Positions 35,815-45,490 of a stretch of 64,000 nucleotides of DNA are shown in pieces. Origin of the DNA: an uncultured Thermoplasmata archaeon (GTDB lineage Archaea; Thermoplasmatota; Thermoplasmata; Lutacidiplasmatales; UBA184); NCBI GenBank assembly GCA_963713145.1, contig CAVQKI010000001.1, positions 26,479 to 90,478 of the forward strand, read 5' to 3'. The notes beneath the pieces were generated by a model. That model had not been told where the DNA came from and did no database searches. It was given only the letters and a program-made list of their open reading frames with translations. The stretch's first letter is position 1. Every line of letters begins with the position of its first letter. The position numbers and the translations under genes were made by a program.

Positions 35815-37908
35815 ATGTCGCCGTACCGCCTGGAACGGCACCCCATCCTGGAGGTGCCCGACCGGCCCGAGATGGTGGAATTCACCTTCGACGGCCAGCG
35901 CCTTTCGGCGCGAAGATCGGAGATGATCTCGTCGGCCCTGTTCGCGAACGGAATCCACGTGTTCGGGCGGCATCTCAAGGACGGTGCCCCCCAGGGGATC
36001 TTCTGCGCGAACGGCCAGTGCGCCCAGTGTCTCGTCGTGGCGGACGGGCGCGCCGTGAAGGCGTGCATCGCGCCCGTCCGGCCCGGCATGCAGGTCCGGT
36101 CCGTAATCGGCGTTCCGGGGCTGGAGGCCGACGACGTCCCCTTCCGGGCAATCCCCCAGGTCCGGGAGGTCGAGACCGACGTGCTGATCGTCGGCGGGGG
36201 CCCCGCAGGCTTGACGGCGGCAGCCGAGCTGGCCGAGCACGGAATCAGGGTCACGCTCTGCGACGACAAGCCGACGCTCGGTGGGAAGCTGAGCCTCCAA
36301 ACGCACAATTTCTTTGGTTCGGTAGACGACTGCTATGCCGGTCACCGCGGGACGGAGATCGGGCACCTCCTGGAGGCGAAGGTCCGCAGCCACTCCGGCG
36401 TCGATGTCTGGACCGACTCGCCGGTCGTGGGCGTGTTCCAGGACGGCGTGGTCGGCGTCGTGAAACAGGGCCGTTTCACCGTGGTGAAGCCGAAGGCGCT
36501 CCTGGTCGCGGCCGGCGCGCGCGAGCGGGCGCTAGCGTTCCCCGGAGCGGACCTGCCGGGCGTGTACGGTGGGGGAGCGTTCCAGACCCTCGTTAACCGG
36601 GACCTGATCACGCCATCGAAGAAGCTGCTGATTGTCGGCGGAGGCAACGTCGGGCTGATCGTCGCCTACCAAGCGCTCCAGGCCGGGATCGACGTCGTCG
36701 CGGTGCTCGAGATACTGCCCCAGGTCGGGGGGTACAAGGTGCACCGGGACAAGATCGTCCGGCTTGGCGTGCCGGTCTACACTTCGTACACGGTGCTCCG
36801 CGTGGAGGGGAACGATCGCGTGGAGCGTGTGATCGCCGCCCGGGTCGACGACAAGCTCCGGCCCGTGAACGGCACGGAGGTGGCGTTCGACGTCGACACG
36901 GTGCTCGTCGCCGTCGGGCTCTCTCCCATCAAGGAACTGTTCGAAGAGGGTCAGCGTCTCGGCCTGCGGGTCTACTCCGCGGGCGACGCGCACGAGATCG
37001 CGGAAGCCTCCGCGGCGATGTTCTCGGGGAAGATCGCGGCGCGCACGATCCTTCGCGACCTCGGCCTACCCGTGGAGGTCCCCGAAGCCTGGAGCCACAT
37101 GGGGGCGCTCCTCGCCTCGCATCCGGGGCCGGTGCGGGGATTCTATCCCCCGCCGACCGACGTCCCGGTCTATCCGGTCATCCGCTGCGCGCAGGAGATC
37201 CCCTGCAACCCGTGCACCACGGTCTGCCCGAAGGACAGCATCACGATCCCCGAAGGGAACATCCTCGGGCGGCCGAAGCTCGAGGGAGATTGCGTCGGGT
37301 GCCTCAAGTGCGTGGCCATCTGCCCGGGGCTCGCGATCACGATGGTGGACCGCCGCTACGACCCCACGGGGCAGCGGGCGAAGGTGACGATCCCGTGGGA
37401 GATGCCCGAGGAGCTCGCGGCGACCGGCGACACCATCGCCACGACGGGCTTCGAAGGCGAGCCCGTGGGCTCGGGAAAGGTGATCCGGATTCTCTCCGGC
37501 AAGGCGCTCAATCGTCGCCGGCTGATGGTCCTCGAGGTACCCGCCGCGGAGGCCGACCGCGTGGCCGGGGTCCGCATCCGGGAGCTTGAGCCGCTGCTCC
37601 ACGTCTACGACGTGGCCCCTCCGACCGATGCGGAGACCGTCATCTGCCGATGCGAGCGGGTCTCGAAGGAAACGGTCGCCGACTACATCCGGACCACCGG
37701 GACGCGGGACCTGAACGCGGTCAAGGCCGGACTGCGGAGCGGCATGGGCCCGTGCGGCGGAAAGACGTGCGGTGAGCTGATCCTGCGGATCTTCCGGGAG
37801 CTGGGGGTGGAGCCCACGGCGGTGACCCCCGCGGTCCACCGCCCCTTCACCCAGGAGGTCCCGATCACGGCGTTCCTGGCGGTGGACGATGGCGCATCCG
37901 GAGTTTGA
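35815..37908 (+). CDS. four-module alpha-type subunit of a proline-dehydrogenase-like flavoenzyme ([2Fe-2S] + FAD/NAD(P) oxidoreductase + 2x[4Fe-4S] ferredoxin + BFD-like [2Fe-2S])
   Basis: ATG at 35815 (MSPYRLERH). Carries CANGQCAQCLVVADGRAVKAC, VLIVGGGPAGLTAA, LLIVGGGNVGL, CNPCTTVCP / CVGCLKCVAICP, and CRCERVSKE...GMGPCGGKTC. Confidence 0.8.
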   Translation: MSPYRLERHPILEVPDRPEMVEFTFDGQRLSARRSEMISSALFANGIHVFGRHLKDGAPQGIFCANGQCAQCLVVADGRAVKACIAPVRPGMQVRSVIGVPGLEADDVPFRAIPQVREVETDVLIVGGGPAGLTAAAELAEHGIRVTLCDDKPTLGGKLSLQTHNFFGSVDDCYAGHRGTEIGHLLEAKVRSHSGVDVWTDSPVVGVFQDGVVGVVKQGRFTVVKPKALLVAAGARERALAFPGADLPGVYGGGAFQTLVNRDLITPSKKLLIVGGGNVGLIVAYQALQAGIDVVAVLEILPQVGGYKVHRDKIVRLGVPVYTSYTVLRVEGNDRVERVIAARVDDKLRPVNGTEVAFDVDTVLVAVGLSPIKELFEEGQRLGLRVYSAGDAHEIAEASAAMFSGKIAARTILRDLGLPVEVPEAWSHMGALLASHPGPVRGFYPPPTDVPVYPVIRCAQEIPCNPCTTVCPKDSITIPEGNILGRPKLEGDCVGCLKCVAICPGLAITMVDRRYDPTGQRAKVTIPWEMPEELAATGDTIATTGFEGEPVGSGKVIRILSGKALNRRRLMVLEVPAAEADRVAGVRIRELEPLLHVYDVAPPTDAETVICRCERVSKETVADYIRTTGTRDLNAVKAGLRSGMGPCGGKTCGELILRIFRELGVEPTAVTPAVHRPFTQEVPITAFLAVDDGASGV

Positions 37909-39057
37909 CGCGATCGTCATCGGCGCGGGGTCGGTCGGCAACCCCACGGCGTACTTCCTCGCCCGGGAGGGGGTCCGAACGCTCGTCCTCGATGAGATGC
38001 CGTCCTCGGGGCAAGGCCAGAACAAGGCGGCGATCGGCGGGGTGCGCGCGACCCATTCCGACCCGGCGAAGATCCGGCTCGGCCAGCAGAGCCTGGAGAT
38101 CTTCGCCCAATGGAAGGCTGCGACCGGCACCGACATCGGCTGGAAGAAGGGCGGCTACTGCTTTCCCGCGTTCGACGAGCAGGTCGAGGCCACCCTCCAG
38201 AAGCTGCTCCCGATCCAGAAGTCCCACCGGCTCAACATCGACTGGCACGACGCCGAGGGGATCCGCCGCATCGTCTCCGGGATAACCCCGGTCGGTCTCC
38301 GCGGCGGGACGTACTCTCCGGACGACGGGCAGGTGAGCCCGCTCAAGGCAGCGGAGTCGTTCACGCAGGAAGCGGTACGGCTCCACGCCGAGTACCGCTA
38401 CCGCGAGGCCGTCACCTCCCTGGTGACGGAGGACCACACCGTGACCGGCGTGAGGACGCAGAACGGCGAGTACCACGCCCCGTGCGTGATCATCGCGGCG
38501 GGCACCCACGCGACCCGCCTCTGCCAGATGGCCGGTCTCGACCTTCCGGTGCTGCCGGAAAGCCACGAGGCCGGGATATCGGCCCCGGTCCAGGAGTTCC
38601 TGGGTCCCCTGGTCGTGGACCTCCGGCCCGGCCGGAGGGGAAGACGATCAACTTCTACTTCGGGCAGGACTCGGACGGCCAGATCATCTTCTGCTACACT
38701 CCCAAGGAGAAGTTCCCCGGCGAGAACCGCACGTCGACGTTCGAGTTCATGCCGATCGTCGCGGCGCGTCTCGTCAACCTCATCCCCCGCCTGAAGAACC
38801 TGACGATCCGCCGTGTGTGGCGCGGACTCTACCCGATGACCCCCGACGGCAACCCGATCGTCGGCAAGGCCCCGAACGTGAACGGCCTCCTCCTTGGGAT
38901 CGGGATGTGCGGGCAGGGGTTCATGCTCGGCCCTGGCGTCGGCATGAACCTCGCCTCGCTCGCGATCCGGGGTAAGCCCGCCATCGATCCGGCGATCTTC
39001 GATCTGTTGAGCCCGGCCCGCGACCTCTACGGCGGCAAGAAGGAATCCCTGAAGTAA
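37889..39057 (+). CDS. FAD-dependent beta-type subunit (L-proline dehydrogenase / SoxB family); frame change near 38630
   Basis: DAIVIGAGSVGNPTAYFLAREG (Rossmann) is in ORF 37889..38794. PEGKTINFYFGQ...GIGMCGQGFMLGPG is in ORF 38110..39057. It overlaps the alpha gene by 20 nt. Confidence 0.8.
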
Positions 39058-39121
39058 GCCGCTCCCGGAACGCTGCGAGCGCTGCTCGCCGGCCCCGTGG
39101 TCCCGGTCCGGAGGTCTGTTT

Positions 39122-40006
39122 ATGCCCTCGCGGACGTACGGCGTTCGTATGGCGACCCAGGCGCAGAAGGCCGAGGCATTCCGGGCCCTGCACCACGGAC
39201 CGCATCCGCTCGTCCTTCCCAACGCCTTCGACGTGCCGAGCGCGCGCGTGTTCGAGGACGCGGGATTCCCGGCGATCGCGACCTCCAGCGCGGGCCTGAT
39301 GGTATCACGAGGGTATCGAGACGGCGAGGAGATGCCTCGCCGGGAGCTCGTGGAGGCGGTCGGGCGGATCGCGGGTAGGCTCTCCGTGCCCCTGAGCGCG
39401 GACGTCGTGGGCGGCTACGGGCGAACGGCTCGCGAGGTCGCGTCCACGGTCCGCATGATCCTCGCGGTCGGGGCGGTCGGCATCAACTTGGAGGACCTGG
39501 AGCCATCGGCCGGCGGCCTGCACCCGGTCGAGGCGCAGGTGGAGAAGATCGAGGCGGTCCGCCGCCTGGGAAAATCCCGAGGAATCCCGCTCGTGATCAA
39601 CGCTCGGACCGACGCGTTCCGGCACGCGACCGGGAGCGACGAGGAACGGCTGCGCGAGGCGATCCGCCGGTCGCTCGCGTACCGCGATGCGGGGGCCGAC
39701 TGCGTCTACCCGATGGGCGTGAGCGACCCCGCCGCGATCGGGACCTTCGTCCGGGCGCTCGGCTGCCCGGTGAACGTGATGATCCGAAAGGGTCTCCCGA
39801 CCGTGGCGCAGCTCGAGAAGCTCGGGGTGAAACGAGTGAGCTTCGGACCGTCCGCTTCGTACGCGGCCCTGGGGCTCCTCAAGCGTGCGAGCCAGGAGGT
39901 TCTCACCCGAGGGACGTACGGAGCCCTCCTCGACGGGGCGATCACGTTCGACGAGCTCAACCAACTGGCCGCACGAAGGGCCCCCGGGAACGCGCCTCAC
40001 GTCTGA
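39122..40006 (+). CDS. isocitrate lyase/PEP mutase superfamily protein (methylisocitrate lyase / oxaloacetate decarboxylase-like)
   Basis: Carries LVLPNAFDVPSARVFEDAGFPAIATSS, INLEDL and ADCVYP. The start could be ATG 39149 (MATQAQK). Confidence 0.75.
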   Translation: MPSRTYGVRMATQAQKAEAFRALHHGPHPLVLPNAFDVPSARVFEDAGFPAIATSSAGLMVSRGYRDGEEMPRRELVEAVGRIAGRLSVPLSADVVGGYGRTAREVASTVRMILAVGAVGINLEDLEPSAGGLHPVEAQVEKIEAVRRLGKSRGIPLVINARTDAFRHATGSDEERLREAIRRSLAYRDAGADCVYPMGVSDPAAIGTFVRALGCPVNVMIRKGLPTVAQLEKLGVKRVSFGPSASYAALGLLKRASQEVLTRGTYGALLDGAITFDELNQLAARRAPGNAPHV

Positions 40007-40051
40007 GGACGGCCCCCGAGCGGTCGAAGCGTCCCGGTCGGACCGGGGGAG

Positions 40052-40136
40052 TGCGGGGAGAGGGATTTGAACCCACGAACCCCTACGGGACCAGACCCTG
40101 AATCTGGCGCCTTTGACCAAGCTGGGCGATCCCCGC
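40052..40136 (-). tRNA. tRNA-Leu (anticodon CAG)
   Basis: Reverse complement is GCGGGGAUCGCCCAGCUUGGUCAAAGGCGCCAGAUUCAGGGUCUGGUCCCGUAGGGGUUCGUGGGUUCAAAUCCCUCUCCCCGCA. It has a 7-bp acceptor stem, anticodon stem CCAGA/UCUGG with loop UUCAGGG, a long variable arm and a GUUCAAAUC T-loop. One U-U mismatch in the T stem by my reading. No encoded CCA. Confidence 0.85.
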
Positions 40137-40184
40137 GCGGTCGGGCGGAGCGGCGTCCCGCATAAGACCGTTCCGCGAGAACGA

Positions 40185-41006
40185 TCAGGCCCGGGCCGAC
40201 GCAGCGCCCGGCGCGCGTCCCTTCGCGCTGCCGAGGACGTCCATCGCCTCGGCCACGGTCGCCTTCTCGTGCACGATCGCCCGGAGCGCCTTGAGCATCG
40301 CGACGGGATGGTCCGACTGCCAGATGTTCCGGCCCATGTCGATCCCGTGCGCTCCCTTCGCGATAGCGCTGTGCGCGAGCTCGAGCGCGGCCCGGTCGCT
40401 GTCAAGCTTCGGCCCGCCGGCGACGACGATCGGGACGGGGCATCCCTCGACGACCTTCTCGAACCCGTCGCAGTAGTAGGTCTTCACGAGGTGCGCGCCC
40501 AGCTCCGCCGAGACGCGGCAGGCGAGGGCGAGATACCGCGCGTCGCGCTTCTCGAGCTCCTTCCCGACGGCCGTGATGGCCATGACGGGGATGCCGGCCT
40601 CCTCCCCCTCGTCCACGAGCTTCGATAGGTTCACGAGCGACTCGTGCTCGTGGGGAGCCCCCACGAACACGGAAAGGGCGACCCCGCAGACGTTCAGCCG
40701 CGCGGCGTCCCGCATCGCGGTCGTGATCGTTTCGTGGGAGAGGTCCTCTTTGAGGACCGTGGCACCGCCGGAGACGCGAAGCATGACGGGAGTGACGCTG
40801 GCCGACGGGACGGACGTGCGGAGGATCCCGCGGGTGAGCGCGACGGCGTCCGCGTAGGGAAGGAGCGGCGCGATGGTCGCCCGGGCGTCCTCGAGGTGGT
40901 GGGTCGGTCCCATGAAGTACCCGTGGTCGACCGCGAGCATCACGGAGTTCCCGTTCTCGGCGCCCGGGAACATACGGGCCAATCGGTTGCGCATTCCCCA
41001 GTCCAT
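40185..41006 (-). CDS. class I aldolase of the DhnA/LsrF family (fructose-bisphosphate aldolase / ADH synthase-like)
   Basis: 273 aa with MLAVDHG, HLVKTYY (Schiff-base Lys region) and GIDMGRNIWQ. Confidence 0.8.
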   Translation of the reverse strand: MDWGMRNRLARMFPGAENGNSVMLAVDHGYFMGPTHHLEDARATIAPLLPYADAVALTRGILRTSVPSASVTPVMLRVSGGATVLKEDLSHETITTAMRDAARLNVCGVALSVFVGAPHEHESLVNLSKLVDEGEEAGIPVMAITAVGKELEKRDARYLALACRVSAELGAHLVKTYYCDGFEKVVEGCPVPIVVAGGPKLDSDRAALELAHSAIAKGAHGIDMGRNIWQSDHPVAMLKALRAIVHEKATVAEAMDVLGSAKGRAPGAASARA

Positions 41007-41076
41007 CCGCTTCCTCCGACCCCGACGCGACGGGGCCGGAGCTCATAGCGGTTGGGGAATCGCGGGCACCCCCGGA

Positions 41077-41568
41077 TCAGTCGGTCGGGGTTCGCTCCAG
41101 ACCTCGGAGGGCGACCGGCACCCGCCGGTCCTCCTTCACCCGGTTCAGAACGACCCGGGTGTTCGACCGCTCGACGTGCGGGTCTTGGAGCGCGTGCTTC
41201 ACGAACCGGTCGAGATCCCTGCGGTCGCGGAACCGACCGATCAGGAGTGCATCGTCGTCGCCGGTGACGTCGTAGATGGCGTAGACCCTCGGGTCCTTCG
41301 CAAGATGCTCCTCGACCTCCCTCAGACGGCCCTTCGAGATCCTAATCCCGATCGCGGCCCAGAGGTCCCAGCCGAGCTGCTCGTCGTCGAGGAGCGGGAT
41401 GTACCCTCGAATGACGCCCTGTTCCTCGAGCCGCCCGATCCGGGAGCTCACCGTCGTCGGAGAGACCTTGAGGCGGTGGCCGATCTCCCGGTGGCTCCGG
41501 CGCGCGTCGACGTTCAGTTCCTCGAGGATCGACCGGTCGAGCGCGTCCAGAGTGGACGTTCGCCGCAT
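41077..41568 (-). CDS. Lrp/AsnC-family transcriptional regulator
   Basis: 163 aa. LDALDRSILEELNVDARRSHREIGHRLKVSPTTVSSRIGRLEEQGVIRGY plus a RAM domain. Confidence 0.9.
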   Translation of the reverse strand: MRRTSTLDALDRSILEELNVDARRSHREIGHRLKVSPTTVSSRIGRLEEQGVIRGYIPLLDDEQLGWDLWAAIGIRISKGRLREVEEHLAKDPRVYAIYDVTGDDDALLIGRFRDRRDLDRFVKHALQDPHVERSNTRVVLNRVKEDRRVPVALRGLERTPTD

Positions 41569-41614
41569 ACAACTTCAAGGATGCGTCCGAAAATAAACCC
41601 TGCGCTAGCAACTG

Positions 41615-41628
41615 TGGACGTTCGTCCA
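41615..41628. promoter_or_regulatory. palindrome TGGACG-TT-CGTCCA abutting a TATA-like CATAATTTTC in the lrp/glnA divergent intergenic region
   Basis: 6-bp arms at 41615-41620 and 41623-41628. A half-site-like GCGTCCG also occurs at about 41583-41589. Confidence 0.4.
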
Positions 41629-41685
41629 TAATTTTCGACTGAGGGTTGATGTACCTCGGAAACAGTCGGGGCACCGGGTGCGAAC

Positions 41686-43145
41686 GTGGCATCGCAGCGG
41701 GGAAAGGAGTCGACCGACGGCGAGTCGGTGGTCAAGCGCTTGGCGACCGACAAGGTGCGCTGGGTCCAGTTGTTCTACACGGACGTCTTCGGCGGGCTCA
41801 ACCAGCTCGACATCCCGGTCCACGCCCTCGAGGCCGAGATGTTCCGGACCGGGGTCCCCAAGCTCGACGGCTCCTCGGTCCGGGGCTTCCGCGAGATCTT
41901 CGAGTCCGACATGCTGCTCGTTCCGGATCCCCGGACGATGGCGAACATCCCCTGGAACCCGGAAGCCGGGCGCACGGTGCGGTTCATCTGCGATGTACGG
42001 CTGGGCGCCTCCAGCGAGCCGTACGAGCACGACCCGCGGGGGGTCGCACGGAAGGCGGAGCAGGTGCTCGCGGCGGCCGGCTATGACCGGTCGTACTGGG
42101 GACCCGAGATCGAGTTCTTTGTGTTCGACAGCGTCCAGCTCGTCCCGTCCTACGCGGGGTCCGGGACGCGTGGGCAGGGGCGGGCTACCTCATCGGCCAA
42201 TCCGAGGCGCCCTGGGACCCGGCTAGCGGCCAGCCAACGATCCGGTTCAAGGAAGGGTACCACCGAACGCCCCCGACCGATTCCCTGGTCGGCCTGCGCG
42301 CGGAGATGTGCAACATCCTGGCCGACGACTTCCACATCGTCATGGACGCGCACCACCACGAGGTGGCCACCGCGAGCCAGTCGGAGCTGAACGTCCGGTT
42401 CGACGAGCTGGTCCCGATGGCGGACCACATCCAGGACGTCCGCTACGTGATCAAGAACGTCGCCCGCCGCCACGGGAAGGTCGCCTGCCTGATGCCGAAG
42501 CCTATCTACGGCGACAACGGGATCGGGATGCACACCAACCAGTCGCTCTGGACGAAGGGGAAGAACGTCTTCTACGACCCGGACGACGAGTATGCGGAGG
42601 TCAGCCAGGCATGCCGGTACTACATCGGCGGGCTTCTCGAGCACGCCCGCGCGCTGTGCGCGATCACGAACCCGATCACGAACTCCTACCGCCGGCTCGT
42701 TCCGGGTACGAGGCTCCCGTATTCATCGCCTGGAGCAAGGCGAACCGCTCGGCGAACGTGCGCATCCCGTTCTACCACCGCGGCCGGGCCGCGGCCAAGC
42801 GGATCGAGTACCCGTACGCCCGACTCCGCCGCGAACATCTACCTTACCGAGGCCGCGCTCGCGATGGCGGGGCTCGACGGGATCCGCCGGAAGATCGAGC
42901 CGCCACCCCCGGTGGACGAGAACATCTACAAGCTCAGCCCCGCGAAGCGAAAGCAGCTCCGGATCCGCGAGCTGCCCGGGTCCCTCAGCGAGTCGCTCGA
43001 CTGCCTGGCCTCCGACCGCGACTTCCTCAAGCCCGCGTTCGCCGGTTCGCTGATCGACACCTACATCGAGATGAAGCGCGAGGAGCAGCTCGAGCTGAAC
43101 CTGCGGCCCCATCCGTACGAGTTCTACCGGTACCTCGACGTCTAG
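41686..43145 (+). CDS. glnA: glutamine synthetase type I; three frame changes (about 42175, 42705, 42812)
   Basis: Segments: [14 protein letters not shown]...FFVFDSV (frame 1); [11 protein letters not shown]...[17 protein letters not shown]...NSYRRLVPG (frame 2); [21 protein letters not shown]...KRIEY (frame 3); [21 protein letters not shown]... (frame 2). Confidence 0.85.
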
Positions 43146-43200
43146 GCCGGACGGCGGCTCCCCGACGGGCTTCACTCGGCCGTCAAGCGGGGAGGGACCG

Positions 43201-44772
43201 GTGACGGAGGCGTCCCTCTGGTCGGGGGGTCGGGTGTTCACCGGCCGGCGCTACGTGGAGGCGGTCCTGGTCGAGAACGGCCGGGTCCTCTTCGCGGGGG
43301 CGCTCGGCGGGGCGCGCCGGCTCGCGCCCACGGGCGTAGAGCGGCGGGCGCTCGGAGGGAGCCTCCTCATACCGGGGCTCGTGGACGCCCACGTGCACCT
43401 CTCGGACCTGACCCGGGTCCGGGAAGGGTTTGACCTCTCCGCGACCCGGTCGCTCGCCGAGCTTCGGGACCGCCTGTCCTCATGGGCGGCCGAGCATCCG
43501 TCGGGGCCGATCGTCGGCCGGGGGTGGGACCCCGAGCGGTGGAAGGACGGGCGCTGGCCGGAGATCCGGGACGTCGACCCGGTCGTTCCCGGCCGTCCGA
43601 CGGTCCTCTACCACGCGAGCGGCCATGCCGCCCTGCTCAACTCCGCCGCTCTCCAGGCGAGCGGGGTGCTTCGGGCGGGGTCGGTGCGCGACCCGGCGAT
43701 GATCGGCCGATCCCTGGACGGAAAGCCGAACGGCATCCTCTACGAGGAGGCGCTCCGCCTCGCCGGTTCGATCGCCTCCGATGGGGGTCCCGGCGCCGAC
43801 GGCCTTACCCGCACGTTGGGGGCCCTTGCCGCACACGGCCTCACGACCGTCGGGGCGATGAGCGCGAGCCCCCACGAGGTCCGTGCGCTTCGTGACCTGG
43901 ACGCCGCCGGCCACCTGCCTCTCACGGTCCGGGCCTACGTTCGCCTGTCCGAGCTCTCCGCGTTCTCCGCCTCCGACCTGGTCGCGGGCTCCCGGCGGCT
44001 GTCGGTGGTTGGCGTGAAGGCGTTCCTGGACGGCGCGTTCGGGCCGCGGACCGCCTCCCTCCGAAGGCCGTACGCGGACGATCCCTCGAACTCGGGAATC
44101 CCCGTCGGGGACGATGGGGAGCTCACCCACCAGCTCGCCGAGGCCGGCCGGCGCGGACTCGCACCGGCCCTGCACGCCATCGGCGACGCCGCGGTGGAGA
44201 GGGCCGCGCGGTTGCTCCGGCCGTGGACGGGCCGTTCCGGACCTCCGGCGCGCGTCGAGCACGCGGCTCTGACGCCGCCGGAGGCCCTCGGTCCGCTGTT
44301 CGAGGCGCGTCCTGCCCTGGTCGTCCAACCGGGGTTCGTCTGGAGCGATTCCTGGCTCACGGACCGCCTCGGACCGGCGAGGTGTCGGTGGGCCTACGCG
44401 TTCCGGACGCTGATCTCCCGCGGCTTCGTCGTCGCTGGCTCGAGCGATGCCCCGTACGACCCCGTCGATCCGTGGCGGGGCCTGCGGGCCGCCGTGAACC
44501 GTCGCGACCCCTCCGGCCGGTCCGCGAACGCCGACCCCGGCGAGGTGCTGTCGGCCGAGGAGGCGCTCGGCCTGTACACGACGAACGCCGCGGTATCGGT
44601 CGGGCTGCCGACCCACGGCCACCTCGAGGCGGGGGGAGTCGCCGACCTGGTCGTGCTCACAACCCCCGACCTCCGCCAGGCGCTCGCCTCTGAGACCCCG
44701 CCGGTGCGCGAAACCTGGGTCGCCGGTCGGAGGGTCTACGTGGCACCGGGGCCCGCAGGTCAGCAAGCCTAA
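43201..44772 (+). CDS. metal-dependent amidohydrolase (COG1574-like, TIM-barrel)
   Basis: 523 aa with [31 protein letters not shown] and GSDAPYDP. Confidence 0.8.
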   Translation: MTEASLWSGGRVFTGRRYVEAVLVENGRVLFAGALGGARRLAPTGVERRALGGSLLIPGLVDAHVHLSDLTRVREGFDLSATRSLAELRDRLSSWAAEHPSGPIVGRGWDPERWKDGRWPEIRDVDPVVPGRPTVLYHASGHAALLNSAALQASGVLRAGSVRDPAMIGRSLDGKPNGILYEEALRLAGSIASDGGPGADGLTRTLGALAAHGLTTVGAMSASPHEVRALRDLDAAGHLPLTVRAYVRLSELSAFSASDLVAGSRRLSVVGVKAFLDGAFGPRTASLRRPYADDPSNSGIPVGDDGELTHQLAEAGRRGLAPALHAIGDAAVERAARLLRPWTGRSGPPARVEHAALTPPEALGPLFEARPALVVQPGFVWSDSWLTDRLGPARCRWAYAFRTLISRGFVVAGSSDAPYDPVDPWRGLRAAVNRRDPSGRSANADPGEVLSAEEALGLYTTNAAVSVGLPTHGHLEAGGVADLVVLTTPDLRQALASETPPVRETWVAGRRVYVAPGPAGQQA

Positions 44773-44795
44773 GTTCCCCGTTCCCTCGTCGGGCC

Positions 44796-45425
44796 GTGCC
44801 CGACCCTTCGGAACCGCCGGCGATGAGCGAGTTCTCGCCCACGATGCGGGTTGATGTCCTCGTCTCCGACTGGAGGGCGGCGCTCCCGGTCGAAGCCTCT
44901 CAGGAGGAACGCGAGCGCGAGCTCTACGGCAAGGCCTGGGAGGCGTACCTCGAGGGGGACTACGGGTTCGGGCTGTGGTGCTGGCACGAGGTCGACCGTC
45001 TCACGAACAGCTTGAAGGGAAGCATCCGGGAAGTCACTCGGATCGTCGGACCGGGCCGGTATTTCGGGTTCTCCCACCGGCGTGTGGTGGCGATGGCGGT
45101 CCCGATCGAGCGGATCTACCGCCCACGCAAGGGAGACATGAGCACTCCGCGTACGGACGCGTTCGTCCTTCCCCACTACCAGGTCCTGTGCGTCTACCTT
45201 GCGCAAGCGGGCGCCGGGGATCCGAAGGCGAAGGCGCTGCTCGAGATCGCCCTGGGCGAGCTCGAGGACCGCCGACGCGCCGACCCCTTCCTGCCCCATT
45301 TCGAGACGTTCCGGCAGCTGGTCGAACGCACGAACGCGGCCAGTGCCGCCTCGGCCACGGCTCCGGTGAGCGTCCCGCGCACGGCGGAGGCCCCCGCCCG
45401 GGGCCGGAAGAACCGCGCCCACTGA
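44796..45425 (+). CDS. hypothetical protein
   Basis: 209-aa ORF with coding-like composition (W/Y/F-rich core YGKAWEAYLEGDYGFGLWCWHEVD). I recognise no family. Confidence 0.5.
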   Translation: MPDPSEPPAMSEFSPTMRVDVLVSDWRAALPVEASQEERERELYGKAWEAYLEGDYGFGLWCWHEVDRLTNSLKGSIREVTRIVGPGRYFGFSHRRVVAMAVPIERIYRPRKGDMSTPRTDAFVLPHYQVLCVYLAQAGAGDPKAKALLEIALGELEDRRRADPFLPHFETFRQLVERTNAASAASATAPVSVPRTAEAPARGRKNRAH

Positions 45426-45490
45426 GGCGCCGGGCCGGTCCGGTCCGAAGCCGCCTTTAGCGCACTCCGCTGGCTCCCGTCGGGGCTGCG

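Noticed and set aside
35715-36308. Upstream extension of the 782-aa minus-strand ORF 33960..36308
   Set aside because: It runs antisense into the PDH-alpha gene. ALDH homology starts at MNWNIERP (35714), and the ORF's 3' part (33960-34093) is off-frame after the 34515 shift.
40007-40184. tRNA-Leu as a possible integration hotspot (looked for an integrase, direct repeats of the tRNA 3' end, or foreign-looking genes on either side)
   Set aside because: The flanking genes are ordinary metabolic genes (ICL/PEP-mutase family, DhnA aldolase) of the same composition. I found no integrase and no repeat of the tRNA 3' half.
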